Part shown: positions 22,690 to 34,233 of the stretch, in pieces
Position numbering within the stretch: the stretch's first letter is position 1
Layout of the letters: each line of letters opens with the position of its first letter
Origin: Rhodosorus marinus CCMP1338
Lineage: Eukaryota; Plantae; Rhodophyta
Direction: 5' to 3'
DNA: 64,000 nt
Assembly (NCBI GenBank): GCA_029953675.1
Contig: JAMWBK010000011.1
Location: forward strand, 806,001-870,000
Notes under the pieces: model-generated
The model's database searches: none
Seen by the model: only the letters and a program-made list of their open reading frames with translations
What the model was told of the DNA's origin: nothing
Made by a program: the position numbers and the translations under genes

Positions 22690-23060
22690 GCTTAGCTTCG
22701 GCTTGCTCGGATTCGACCACCCACCGAACGAGTCAGCTAATCCGCCTTCGTGTAGCAAGATGTCTATCGTTTGACCTCCGTCAGAAGCTGTGCTCTTCAA
22801 CGGCAAGCCTTGGCCTGTCCAGCAAGGCTTGCTCGGATTCGACCACCAACCGACCCAGCCAGCTAGTCCGCCTTCGTGAGCAAGGTGTCTATCGATTGAC
22901 CTCCGCTGGAAGCTGAGCTCTCTTGGGCCAAGCTTAAGTCTGCCGAGCACGCCTTGCTCGGATTCGACCACCAAACCGAACTAGTCAGCTAATCCACCTT
23001 GTTGTCGTTCGACCTCTGTCGGAAGCTGAGCTCTTCAAAGCCAAACTTAGGCCTGTAGAG
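22690..23060. repeat. Tandem repeat, 3 copies of a ~125-bp unit
   Basis: cttgctcggattcgaccacc at ~22702, ~22828 and ~22953, each followed by cagcta(a/g)tcc(g/a)cctt and tt(c)gacct. Confidence 0.9.
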
Positions 23061-23546
23061 CACGGCAGATAGACTTCATCTTCCTCTCCGTTTCGATGCA
23101 ACTCGTCGTATGAGTCATAGCGCAGTCCTTCATTGGGGCCGTTGGACTGGTTTCTGATTCACTCAGTCTGAACCTAGAACAACTAGGAGAGACTGCTAGG
23201 AGGCGTTGTGTTCTGGTTTCGCCTTGAGAAAGCTTCAGTTCGAAGCTCTTCGGGATGACAGAAGGCGGTGATGAGTTTTGAGGGTTGTCAGAGTGTATGT
23301 TTGGAATGCTTTGGGGGTGGTTTCAAGGGGACGGACTTGTTGTAGAAACGTTTCAATAAGGGTTGGAGTATTGCGAACGATGTTAGAACGCCTCTCCAGG
23401 CGTTGTTTTATTCTGTTTTCAATGTTTGTGTGATGTGAGGTACCGGTTATGGGGGATGCCGTCCCGGATGGGTCGGTCTCGTACAGTGACTTAAGGTTGG
23501 CGGTTTCGATTTTTTCGGGTTTTTTTGGTCTTCCGGTCTTATCGTA

Positions 23547-24956
23547 ATGGATGCTCTGGTTCGGCGGATGGATTTGACTGTTGGCGAGCATGTATCGGAG
23601 CTTTCGCCTGTCTTGAAATGGGATTCGATTCCCGCGAACTGGATTCTGTTTCGGCTGCATAAGCAGGCTGTTCCACACGCCAGTGACTGGTCAATACTAC
23701 TCGCAGATCCGAGGATTAATGTACCTGAGGCTACAGCACAGGCGATGGCTGCCTCAGAGATTGCAAGAATGGTTTCTGTGGTCACCCTTCCGATTCTGAT
23801 GATGACGGAGGTTCAGGAAGAGAATTATTCGCTCGGTTCGGGATGGGCGTTCCTAGGAGGACTTCCGGAATTGGACGGGCGGAGCAATGCCTCGTACTCA
23901 GGGGTGCAAAGCATCCGGACGATGTCAATGATTGAGAATGGGAAGGCTCTTGTGGTCCTTTCTAGCGAAGTAGCACCCGGTGTTTTGGCCATCATGAGAA
24001 ACGAAGAAGTCGACGGGAGGCACAATATCACGACGTACACCGTCGTTAACAAGGAAACTCAGACCGTTCTTGGCACACAGTCGTTCTTGAACCGACGTCA
24101 GTGCGATATGTGCATACTAACGGGCGATAACTGCGATCCCCGAACTTGCAGAAACGATCCGTCCTTCGACGTGCTTCGGGAGTCAAGAAAATCGATTCTT
24201 GCCAAGATGCCCAGGCCAGTGTGCAACATGCAGTACTTGATGCAGTTGTTTTCTGGGAAGTGGACCATGCCGGTCGGTCCGCTGGAGCCTATAACGATGG
24301 AGTGGAATGGTCATGTATCCGGAGCATCTTTTCGATATGCGCTGGTCTCGGTTGTGCAGATTGAAACTGAGAGAGTCCATCCACCTCGATCCACGTTCAG
24401 GATTGTAAAGCAGGGGCAGCTGGAAATGGATTATTTTCTTGAGCTCGAAGTGCAAAACATGAGCTCCACAAGCGAGGAAAGTACTATGGCTAGTGATGAA
24501 CTGATCGCACAGGTGCAAATATCAGGTGGATCAGGTTCCATCAAGAAGAAGCGGGGATCCCAAGGGAAGATGCACCGCTGTGACACCTGCGGGATGAGTT
24601 TCAAGAGGGGTTACGATATGAAACGGCACCGAATCGCGGTTCATGAGAAGATACGGGACTTCAAGTGCACTTATTGCGAGAGGTCGTTCACGCAGAGTGG
24701 ACACCTACACGAACATGTCCGACTGACGCACACTGGCGATAACGTGCATGCCTGTCCAGTGTGCGAGAAGGCTTTTGGAGCAAAATCGAAGCTGGAGCGA
24801 CATGTGAGAAATGTCCATAAGAACGAGAGCAATTTTCGATGCGCTGTGTGCAAGTGTACATACAAGGCCAAAGCGTATCTGAAAATTCACCTTCTCAAAC
24901 AACACAACGTAAAGATGGACGAGCTGAGGGACTTATCCGCCAACCTCAGCAGCTGA
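23547..24956 (+). CDS. Z7: N-domain + 4x C2H2 zinc finger protein, 469 aa
   Basis: ATG ORF, full motif set, KKKRG basic patch, four fingers. Confidence 0.95.
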   Translation: MDALVRRMDLTVGEHVSELSPVLKWDSIPANWILFRLHKQAVPHASDWSILLADPRINVPEATAQAMAASEIARMVSVVTLPILMMTEVQEENYSLGSGWAFLGGLPELDGRSNASYSGVQSIRTMSMIENGKALVVLSSEVAPGVLAIMRNEEVDGRHNITTYTVVNKETQTVLGTQSFLNRRQCDMCILTGDNCDPRTCRNDPSFDVLRESRKSILAKMPRPVCNMQYLMQLFSGKWTMPVGPLEPITMEWNGHVSGASFRYALVSVVQIETERVHPPRSTFRIVKQGQLEMDYFLELEVQNMSSTSEESTMASDELIAQVQISGGSGSIKKKRGSQGKMHRCDTCGMSFKRGYDMKRHRIAVHEKIRDFKCTYCERSFTQSGHLHEHVRLTHTGDNVHACPVCEKAFGAKSKLERHVRNVHKNESNFRCAVCKCTYKAKAYLKIHLLKQHNVKMDELRDLSANLSS

Positions 24957-26054
24957 CATTTTTTGTTCGTTGACTGGCGCTCCCGCACAAGCCGTGAGAG
25001 AGAGCCCAGATGTATTCTGCTCCAGCAAAGATGCTGCATAATTTAATAAGCTTATCGGACGGCTCCTCACAAGCCGTCCAAGTTTTGCTCTAAAAACACA
25101 GTTCGTTCTCATCGTCACAACAAGCTTTGGTCTTCCCAACATCGACCTTGTTTATAAAAGAAAATAGATTGATATGTTCCATGCAGATATGCACCAGATT
25201 TCGACTACTTCCGGACAAATATTTTTAATACATTTTTCATTGTTCTATTGGAATCCTATTAAACGCTATCAAATAGATTGAAGTCTTGGCTTTTTGTCTT
25301 CACTTTTGGCGAGGACAGTGTCGACGGCCACGCCGCTTACCAGGTGAAGAGGTCACGTCCCGTTAGAGCAAAGCGGTTGTCGACCTCATCGAAGAGATAA
25401 TAAAGCCTATGTGATACATTATTTGTTCTGTTCACAGATTTCTGTATCCTGTAACAGCTTCCTGACGGGCGTGCATGTCCCGGTAAAGTCCAATCCGACA
25501 GTGGGGAGCGGCTCCCTCGGAAGGGATATACTCCAGCGAGGGTCTCATCTGCTGTCAGAGGAAACAGAATACAGACCTAGTCAAGGATGTATTCCTAGAC
25601 CGAGGACGAATATGCTTGCTTTTTCCACAGCTTTCTGTAGTCTGCCTGAGCAGTTTGTTGCTGACAGAAACGTCCCTCTCTACAATGATTCGCCCTCCAA
25701 CGGTGACGTGACTTTTTAGGCTTCAGCATTTTGGGGATGAGGAAGGGCGATGGAGGCAGGCAAGCAAGGTGAGCCTTCTGGCTTCAATCGGTTGACAGTT
25801 TATGTTCTTATCACTTGTGTTTATTTTGAAATGGCGGCTTTGGTCCATGCCGTCTAAGGGCTATGGTGAGTTCGATGGTCTGCAGTTTGGATCGCCAGTG
25901 AGCTCCGGTGGAGTGCGTCGGAGCTTTTCTGGACGAGTTACTGGGGCGGGGGAACGGCAGAAATGGCTCAACGAAAGCTGACTTGATTCGGGCCAGTTGG
26001 TGGTCTAGTGTCTTTGGATTCGAAAGCGCTGTGTGTCAGTTACTGCAGTTCGGA

Positions 26055-27455
26055 ATGGATTCTCTGGTGACGAGGACGGCTTCTCTAGTGGGGGCACAAG
26101 TTTCAGAGCTATCTCATCACCTGGAATGGGATTCTGTTGCCTTGAATTGGGTTTTGTTTCGGATGCATAAGCAGGCTGTGCCGCACCCTGATGAATGGTC
26201 TCTTGGATTGGTGGACGTAAGGCTGAAGATTCCAGGAGATACGCTTCGGGCGCTGGCTGCCTCTGGAGCTGGGGATATGTTCGATTTGGTCACCGAGCCG
26301 TGCCTGATGATGACGGAATTTCAGGGCGAGAATTATTCCCTCGGCTCTGGATGGGCCTTTGTAGGTGGCCTTCCGTATCTAGACGGCCGGGGCAACCAGG
26401 CTTATTCAGGTGTTAAACGAATTCGAATGATGACGTATCTCGAGAACAACAAGGGAGTCGTCATTCTTTCAAGGGAAGTGCAACCTGGGATCACAGGACT
26501 CCTTAGAATGGTCGAAGTGGATGGAAGACATGTGCTGACGACTTTCAGCATGGTTGAGGATGAGACACAAACCATCATCGCAAATCAGACGCTTGTGGAT
26601 AGACGACCTTGCGATATTTGTCTACTAACCGGAGACGCGTGTGATCCTCGTGTTTGCAACATCGAGCAGTCGTTCAGCAAAGTGCGTGCTGCAAGATTGT
26701 CGCTTCTCGAAAAGATGGACTTCCCCGTGTGCTCGCTGCAGTACATTGTCCAGTGGTTGTCGGGGAGGTGGACGATACCCGTGGGTCCGTTCGAACCAAT
26801 GCAGATGCAGTGGCACGCGTACATATCGGGACCCTCTTTTCACCATGCGCTTGTTACAGTATTGCAGAATGAAGTTGAAACTGTACATCCTCCTCGTTCG
26901 TCCTTCCGACTCTTAAAGCAAGCGAAGGAAGAAGTGGATTACTACCTGGATCTTGAAGACCAAGGAACATCTCTAGGAAAGAGACCGTGCTCTGGGACTG
27001 TAGAATTTTGGGGAACTTTGAAAGCGTCTAAAAGCCCAAAGTCTGTACGTATGGATGGGAAAAAGGAACATCTGTGTGAGACGTGCGGCATGCCTTTCAA
27101 ACGGAGCTACGATATGAAACGGCACAACGTTTCCGTGCACAAGAAGGTGAGGGAGTTCAAGTGCCCTCACTGTGATCGATGCTTCACGCAGAGTGGACAC
27201 ATGCATGAACATGTACGGATGACACACACGGGTGAGAACGTACAGGCTTGTTCCATTTGCAACAAGAAGTTTGGCGCGAAATCCAAACTTCTGCGACACG
27301 TGAAAACCGTCCACGAAAAAGAGCGAAAATTTGAATGCGGCGTTTGTTTAAAGTCGTACAAGACCAGGTCGTACTTGAGGGAACATCTGCGGGATCAGCA
27401 CAAGCTGAGCGCCGATGAGGTGAATCGCTTTTCTGAGCTAAGACTAACTGACTAA
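26055..27455 (+). CDS. Z8: N-domain + 4x C2H2 zinc finger protein, 466 aa
   Basis: First ATG is at 26055 (MDSLVTRT). Full motif set and four fingers. Confidence 0.95.
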   Translation: MDSLVTRTASLVGAQVSELSHHLEWDSVALNWVLFRMHKQAVPHPDEWSLGLVDVRLKIPGDTLRALAASGAGDMFDLVTEPCLMMTEFQGENYSLGSGWAFVGGLPYLDGRGNQAYSGVKRIRMMTYLENNKGVVILSREVQPGITGLLRMVEVDGRHVLTTFSMVEDETQTIIANQTLVDRRPCDICLLTGDACDPRVCNIEQSFSKVRAARLSLLEKMDFPVCSLQYIVQWLSGRWTIPVGPFEPMQMQWHAYISGPSFHHALVTVLQNEVETVHPPRSSFRLLKQAKEEVDYYLDLEDQGTSLGKRPCSGTVEFWGTLKASKSPKSVRMDGKKEHLCETCGMPFKRSYDMKRHNVSVHKKVREFKCPHCDRCFTQSGHMHEHVRMTHTGENVQACSICNKKFGAKSKLLRHVKTVHEKERKFECGVCLKSYKTRSYLREHLRDQHKLSADEVNRFSELRLTD

Positions 27456-27998
27456 TAAGACCAATATATATAACTATGTTATCTGCTTTGCAAAGAGCTC
27501 TCCTTGCGGAAAACTGTGGGTCTCCGATTCATCCGGGATTAGAAAAAAACGATCTCGGGTTCAGAGTCTGACACGATTCCGCCGTGTGGAAGTCTCCGCA
27601 GTAGTAAAAACTAGGTGAAAAAAAAATGGCGATTTTGTTTTTACTACATCACAGGTCAATCCTAGATTCACTCCGTGCGGTGGGCACGACTGTGCAAGCT
27701 AATCAGAAAGCAAAATGAAAACTTGACTCTCAGATTTTGCCTTTGAACACGCAATTGAGAACCGCTGCTAACAGAATAACTCAAAAATAACGCTCGAGAT
27801 GCGCAGGCATGGTCCCCTTCCGATTAGATCCCATGAATGAGATAACCGAGAACCATACGCGTACCACATATTGTCCACATGCGGCTCTGCCTCTTGACAA
27901 CGCCCGTGTTAAAGCAGTCTCATTGAGTATGAAACCATCTGAACTCGCTTTCGCGCAGATTGGCATCAAGCCTCCATTTGCGTGTCTCCTGCTCCAAA

Positions 27999-29842
27999 TT
28001 AAATGAGCTCAGCGACGTTTGCGGGCATTTCTTCAATCGTCGTTTCATAGTATTCTTCGAGGGCCTTCAAGCCGGCGAGTTCCTCAGTGGTCACAAAGTT
28101 AATGGCAACACCCTGTGTTCATAAGCAGACATGCCAGTTAGAATCTGTGCGTTGCAAAGTATGAGCTGAAGCTAAGAATGTCCTTACTTTTCGGCCAAAT
28201 CGTCCTCCACGACCGATACGATGAATGTAATTTTCCCGGTTAGTGGGGAGGTCAAAGTTGATGACCACTGACAGAGACTGGACATCAATTCCTCTCGCCA
28301 ACAAATCAGTCGTGATCAGCACGCGGGTTGTGCCGGAACGGAACTCCCTCATGACTCCGTCACGCTCCTTCTGAGTCATCTCTCCGTGCAACGATGAAAC
28401 CATGAAATCTCTCTCCGTCATCGCAGCGTATAGCTGGTCGACCTTGTTTCGCGTGTTCACGTAGATGATGGACTGCGTAATGCTCACAGTTTCGTAAAGG
28501 TCGCAAAGCGTGTCGAGTTTCCAGTCCTCCCTCTGCACACAGACGAAAAACTGCCGGATACCGTCCAGCGTGAGCTCATCCTTCTTTACCAGCACCTTTA
28601 TCGGATCGTTCATAAACTTGTCGGTCATGTCCAGCACTTCTGACGGCATCGTTGCTGAGAACAATCCAACCTAAGCGCACCGAGGTCGCGAGAGAACCGT
28701 TTCAGTCTCGTCCGTGATCTCTAGTGGGAAATCCACAAACGACAGTTGCATCAAACCCCTTACCTGGCAAGTTGTGTTCATGTACTTGAACACATCATAG
28801 ATCTGATCCTTGAAACCACGAGAAAGCATCTCGTCTGCCTCATCCAGGATGAAGACCTTGATGTACGTTGTATCCAGCACACGCCTTGTGGCAATCATAT
28901 CAAAGACACGTCCGGGGGTTCCGACAAGAACGTGGGGAGTATCCCCAGTCAACCGACGAATATCATCCTGAACAGAAGTGCCTCCGATGCACGAATAGCA
29001 AGTCAGGTTCAAGAAGCTTCCAATATCAACCACGACCTGGACAACCGGAAGGCGGAAAAACATCAGCAATCTTCAACTCGTGAACCCCTTTTTGAGGACA
29101 CGGACTTACCTTCTGGATCTGCTGAGCGAGCTCGCGGGTTGGTGCAAGTATTAAGGCCTGCACCTTCTTCTGGCTAACATCAACGTTCTGTAATACACCG
29201 ATGACGAAGGTTGCCGTCTTACCCATACCCGACTGAGCCTGAGCGATCGTATCCTTCCTATCTATCAGAGGGACAATCGCTCGCTGCTGGATCGCGGACG
29301 GCTTTTCGAAACCATACGCGTAAATTCCTCTGCAATAAGCAACCACAAGGAGATCCGTCAGCCACACATCTCCTAAAGTCCGCTAGACAGCTCAACATTA
29401 TCAAGTTCTTGCTCTCCACGAGCGAGAACAACATTCGCAGCTGGCTCGTCTCGCGGAAAGACCACATTCTCGAGAAATAGCTGTGCAGGCAAGTCATCCA
29501 GGAATCTTGGCGAATTTCCATACCTCAACAACTCATCATTTAGGTTCATGTCATCAAACTTCTCGTAGACCTTATCCAAGATAGGAATCTTATCCTTCCC
29601 GTCTGCATTCTCCTCTGCGGCTGGGGCAGCCGCAGGGGCCGGCGCCGGAACAGTCTCTGCTACAGTCTCAACTTTCGCACTAGAAAAAGAAAACAATCCC
29701 GGATGGGAGAGGGGGAAAACTTCAGCAAAACAAAAAAAACACCATCCCTTTGCCCAAAACACAAAACAAGCCTGGACAAGCCCCGACAGCACCACACCAA
29801 CCCCCAAAAGCCTCAAAACATCATCACTTACCTATCTCCCAT
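27999..29842 (-). CDS. EIF4A: Eukaryotic translation initiation factor 4A (DEAD-box RNA helicase), six exons, 418 aa
   Basis: Exons (minus strand): 29842-29832, 29679-29524, 29329-29110, 29036-28764, 28670-28188, 28112-27999. These total 1257 nt in frame. Five GT-AG introns of 152, 194, 73, 93 and 75 bp. Motifs [46 protein letters not shown] and [10 protein letters not shown]. The C-terminus [11 protein letters not shown] is eIF4A-I/II type. Exon 1 (MGD-S) is the least certain part. Confidence 0.95.
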
Positions 29843-31314
29843 ACTCAAAATCACAACAAACTCTCTTTCCGTAAAAGAAACGCAACAGCAAACTAACAGA
29901 TCGTCTTAAACCCAAACTTTCAATGTCCGACTTCACTTCTTCCTTCCCTCCCAAACTTCCTTCCCGACGACGATCATATACTGCCAGCAAGCCAATATAT
30001 ACAGTCCCAGTCCCTCTTCTTCCTTTCCCTTAACGTAACCCCCCTCTAAATTCCCAACCAATTTCACCAACCGACCGTAGAATATGAATAAAACTAAAAA
30101 ACAAGGGGCCAAAATATCCAGGCCAATGTTCCATATTTTCTTCTCCCTTCAAAGCTGCCCCCCCAAGAAAGAAGGGGCTTTAAACCCCCACCGTGAAAAA
30201 GAAAGTTTGCTTAAGAAAAGTACCCCCCTAGTAAAATAACTCACGGACCGCAAAAAAAAATCGGGTCAAGCACTCAGTTTAGGGGCTTTTTAAACTTCCC
30301 CGGGGGGGGGAGGAGGGTGAGAATCGACTGGGGCCTTCCGGGGCCCAGCGGAAAGGTTTTCTAGAAAAAATTAGAAGGTTCCGTTGGGAAAAAGGGGTGG
30401 ATGGACTTGGTCGTTGTGGGTACGGCATTTTTTAAAAATACGTTTGGGTAAAATCTAGTCTCGGAGCGTGAAGTGTGACGGCTTTTACCCGCTTTTGGGA
30501 ATGAAAATAAAGTTCGTCTCGACTTTTCAAGAGCATGTTTTGGTCACGAGAGGTCCTTTTTTGGGTGGAATTATGATCTAAATTGTCTTGGCTTAGTAAC
30601 CTTTTTGAATTTTGGATGAATTGTGGCCGGTGGATTTTTTTTTCAGGTTTTGAGCACATTCCCCACACGACGGTCCATCGACCGGTGCGATGGAAATGGT
30701 TTGGTAGTGGCGTTTGGTAGTTGCGACTTGAGTGGTTTGGGGTGGGGGAATACCAATACGAATGTGGATGATCTAATCTGGATACTGTACCATTGAAGGG
30801 AAGAAATTGTTTGCACGGCGTCTGTTCGCGACGGATCCGACAGGCGGGCATTCCTAGCCGGGTGTCTGGACGACTTTTATCGACGGACCCGATGTCACGT
30901 GAAAGACTAGGCCTAACGGAGCATCCTCCGCCCTGGCGTGTTTTGTTCAGTTTTCCATAGGGTTTATACAGCGTCTGAAAGGATGTTGCAACATGGCGCC
31001 TACCGTCTGGATCAACCTCCCTCCTTGCTCTGGGTGAATACCAGCAGTTGCATCCCCGTCCCAACCCCCGAACGGGTTTTGTCCACACCCCGGCGTACAA
31101 CTGCAGCCTCGCAGTTGCTCCAATTTCCCCCGCTCTCGCCAGTCTCGTCCAGCAAGGCAGTAAGCGAACCCGACGTTGTACAGTCCAGTGCGTGCCAACT
31201 CATCCATCCTCATTTGCAGAACCAATGGGACAAAACCCAGGCGAAAATTTTGAAGGAAAAAAGTTCGAAAGGTTTCGGATGAATTCCACGCGTACAAGTT
31301 ACCAATATATTTCT

Positions 31315-31421
31315 CCCACATGTCTTTATTCTTACCAATAGAATAGTCCCACGTGTCTTCATAATTCCAATTTAGTAATCCCACGTGTCTTTATAATTCC
31401 AATGAATGAGTCCCACGCGTC
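31315..31421. repeat. Four ~32-bp tandem units with a CCCAC(G/A)TGTC core (G-box/E-box-like) upstream of Z9
   Basis: cccacatgtc at 31315, cccacgtgtc at 31348 and 31380, cccacgcgtc at 31412. The repeat is seen directly; a regulatory role is inferred. Confidence 0.75.
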
Positions 31422-31790
31422 CTGCTCCTTTCGAATGAGGAGGAGGGGCTTGTGCCTAGGGCGACTTGAGGCACGGGAGTCTGAGTTGGTCGCAAGCTTG
31501 AGGGGAAGAATGTGGCGAGCATCCCCCTCTTTTTTTCGATTTTGGAAAGTATCTCCTTGTAAGTAAGTGGATAGGAAAGCGAGTGAGCGCCAACGGAGCG
31601 CGTGTTGGGCAACTTACGAGGTTAGGAATTTGCCGACTCCTGGGTCGTGTACGTGTGGCTGCGGAGGTGGATTTGATTTGAACGGCACCTGAGCCGTGCA
31701 AGTTCCCTGGCCTGAGCTTGGAATGAGAAGTACTACGCCGTAATGAGCCGCTCAGCGTAGGCTTTTGTTTTCGTAGTTAGAGTGTTGCCC

Positions 31791-33197
31791 ATGAAAGTGA
31801 GTACTTCGGTGAGCGATATGGATTCGCTGACTGGTGGTCATGTTTCTCGGCTGTCCTGTCGCCTGGAACCAGACTCAATTCCGATAAACTGGATTCTGTT
31901 TCGGATACAGAGACCAACGATTCCTCACCCCGGTCAATGGGCAAGTGGACTGGCAGATGCAAGTATGGAGGTACCGGAGAAGACCGGGAAAGCATTAGCT
32001 GCGTCGGAGATTGCAAAAATGGTCCCTGCGATGACTCAGCCGGCGCTGATGATCACCGAACTGTCAGAGGATTACTATTCGCTGGGTTCTGGGTGGCTTT
32101 TCCTTGGTGGACTACCAGAGTTAAATGGTAAGAGGAACGAACAATACTCTGGCATCGGAAGGATGCGAATACTGCAGACAGTTGAGAATTGTAGAGCTCT
32201 GGTGATTCTATCCAGCGAAATACAGCCCGGACTGGTGGCGGTTTTGAGAATCGTGGAAATTGACGGGAGGCACAACCTGAAGACGTGGGCTGTGATCGAT
32301 AAGGAGACAGAAACCATCGTTGGCATGGAGACAACCGTTGCTCGTCGCCCGTGTGATATGTGCCTGCTTACGAGTGATATTTGTGATCCTAGACAATGCA
32401 AGAATGAGCAATCGTTTGAAAGTATGCGAAATTCTAAACGGTCGCTTCTCGAGAAGATGGAGAAGCCAGTGTGTCACATGGAAATGTTCTCTGGGAAGTG
32501 GGTTATGGCGATCGACCGTCTTGAGCCGATTGAGTACAACTGGTCTCTCTACTTCTCCGGATCATCGTATCAGTACGCACTGCTTTCCGTGCTACAAGGC
32601 GAAGTTGAGAGCGTTCACCCTCCTCGTGCCTCCTTCCGGATTGTAAAGCAGGCCAGGGAGGAGATGGACTATTGCATGGACTTGGAGACGCTACTGGAGA
32701 TGGCTTTCGTGAATGACGAGGTCGTGGGAAATGGAGGGAAGGCTTCGAGGTTGAACGGAGCCGGGGTAGATTTGGCTTTAGAGAAGGTTAAGCCCGGAGC
32801 TAAACGACATCGGTGTGAGACGTGTGGAACGATCTTTAAGCGAGCATATGATATGAAACGACACGTGATTGTTGTTCACCAAAGGATAAAGGACTTCAAG
32901 TGCTCGTACTGTGGGCGATTGTTCACACAAAGCGGGCACCTGCACGAGCACGTTCGAATAGCGCACACGGGTGCGCTTCACGCTTGTTCAGTTTGTGAGA
33001 AGAAGTTCGGAACAAAGTCCAAACTAGAGCGACACGTTAGCGCGGTGCACTACAACGAACGCAATTTTAGGTGTAGTGTGTGCGAACTTGCCTTCAAGGA
33101 CAAGGCATATTTAAGGAAACACATGCGAAAGCAACACAACGTGGATATGAAAGAACTTGAGAACTTTCAACAAAGATCTTTAGCTGAGATATGCTAG
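31791..33197 (+). CDS. Z9: N-domain + 4x C2H2 zinc finger protein, 468 aa (alternative start 31818)
   Basis: First ATG at 31791, second at 31818 (MDSL). Full motif set, with a small deletion before FSGKW. Four fingers. Confidence 0.93.
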   Translation: MKVSTSVSDMDSLTGGHVSRLSCRLEPDSIPINWILFRIQRPTIPHPGQWASGLADASMEVPEKTGKALAASEIAKMVPAMTQPALMITELSEDYYSLGSGWLFLGGLPELNGKRNEQYSGIGRMRILQTVENCRALVILSSEIQPGLVAVLRIVEIDGRHNLKTWAVIDKETETIVGMETTVARRPCDMCLLTSDICDPRQCKNEQSFESMRNSKRSLLEKMEKPVCHMEMFSGKWVMAIDRLEPIEYNWSLYFSGSSYQYALLSVLQGEVESVHPPRASFRIVKQAREEMDYCMDLETLLEMAFVNDEVVGNGGKASRLNGAGVDLALEKVKPGAKRHRCETCGTIFKRAYDMKRHVIVVHQRIKDFKCSYCGRLFTQSGHLHEHVRIAHTGALHACSVCEKKFGTKSKLERHVSAVHYNERNFRCSVCELAFKDKAYLRKHMRKQHNVDMKELENFQQRSLAEIC

Positions 33198-34233
33198 GAG
33201 AGGGAGAAACTACTTCGGCAAATTCCGAAGTGCTCTGTGCCCAGGACACCCCAATCCTGGCGGCAACCTGTTTAACGATCGCCCACCTTCGTCGGAAGGG
33301 ATGCCATAGTGTGACAAAACAGTGATTACCTGTGCACTCCTTCCTCGTCATAACGTGACACAACGTTTGAGGTTCCAAAGTCCAAGTTTCCTGTTGTAAA
33401 TAATAAATTGGATGAGTCATAGTTTACTCGCAGTGGACAACTTTCCATCGTGCCATGGCAAATCGGCGCGCAGCACTCGGCTCAGAATGAGCCGTGATTG
33501 TCGGATGCCCTTGGTGATCATTCAGTAGCAAGCTTGCCGACCAGAGCATCTTCGGAGGCCAGAACTTTTGCACCACGTCGCCAAGCAAAACCGAAACATC
33601 TCGCTGGAGGCAGAAAGCTTGTGGCCCTCTTGGTAGTTCTCTCGCAGAGTTTAGGAAGTTCCTACAGAACAAAGCAATATTGGCTTGAAGCTGTGCCATT
33701 GCAGTCTGCCAGTCGATATGAGTAGACGTCACTAGATCGCCACTGCTAAGCATCTCCTCGACATGATAATGGAGAAGTGCAGAGTTCGCTTCCGGAGTGG
33801 CCTGCATTGGTTTCCTATTGAAGACTTGGCAGAGAACTGCGATGACTACTGGTGTCAAGTAGTGAGCAGCAATGAGCTTTGGGAGGGCTAGAGAACCTCC
33901 TAGCTGGTTTGGTGATAGCGTTGAGTTGTGGAGTCGAGAGGTATGGTCGTTGGTCACTACTGAGCTCGAGCAAGCAGGGCTTGGAGTGGAGTTGACGCAG
34001 GGGAGCGGTGATGATGTAAGAAAGTTCTGCGTGGGTGCCTAGCAGGAAAGCAAATTGCAGAGTTGTCCGATGAACGTATGTAGTTGTTGGTGCTGGGAAG
34101 GGCCTCCTATGCTTTTTCTTTAGAGGCTAAAATAGGCTTGAGGAGGCGGAACTGACTGCATCATGGTAAAAGTAAAGATGCATGGGGTATCGGAACGGAG
34201 TCGCGATTAGTTGAGGTCCTCGGTTTTGTCAGA

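Noticed and set aside
25330-25720. Minus-strand phrases (LEYIPS, PLPTVGLDFTG) hinting at retrotransposon RNase H/integrase
   Set aside because: The matches are too short, fall in different frames, and lack the catalytic D,D-35-E or HHCC context.
30432-31384. Overlapping minus-strand ORFs (222 and 145 aa) with phrases reminiscent of the family (RMDELART, EVDPDGRRHV)
   Set aside because: Motif order and spacing do not match the N-domain. The 145-aa ORF starts at a GTG inside the 32-bp repeat, and I recognise no domain. It remains possible as a decayed gene but is unsupported.
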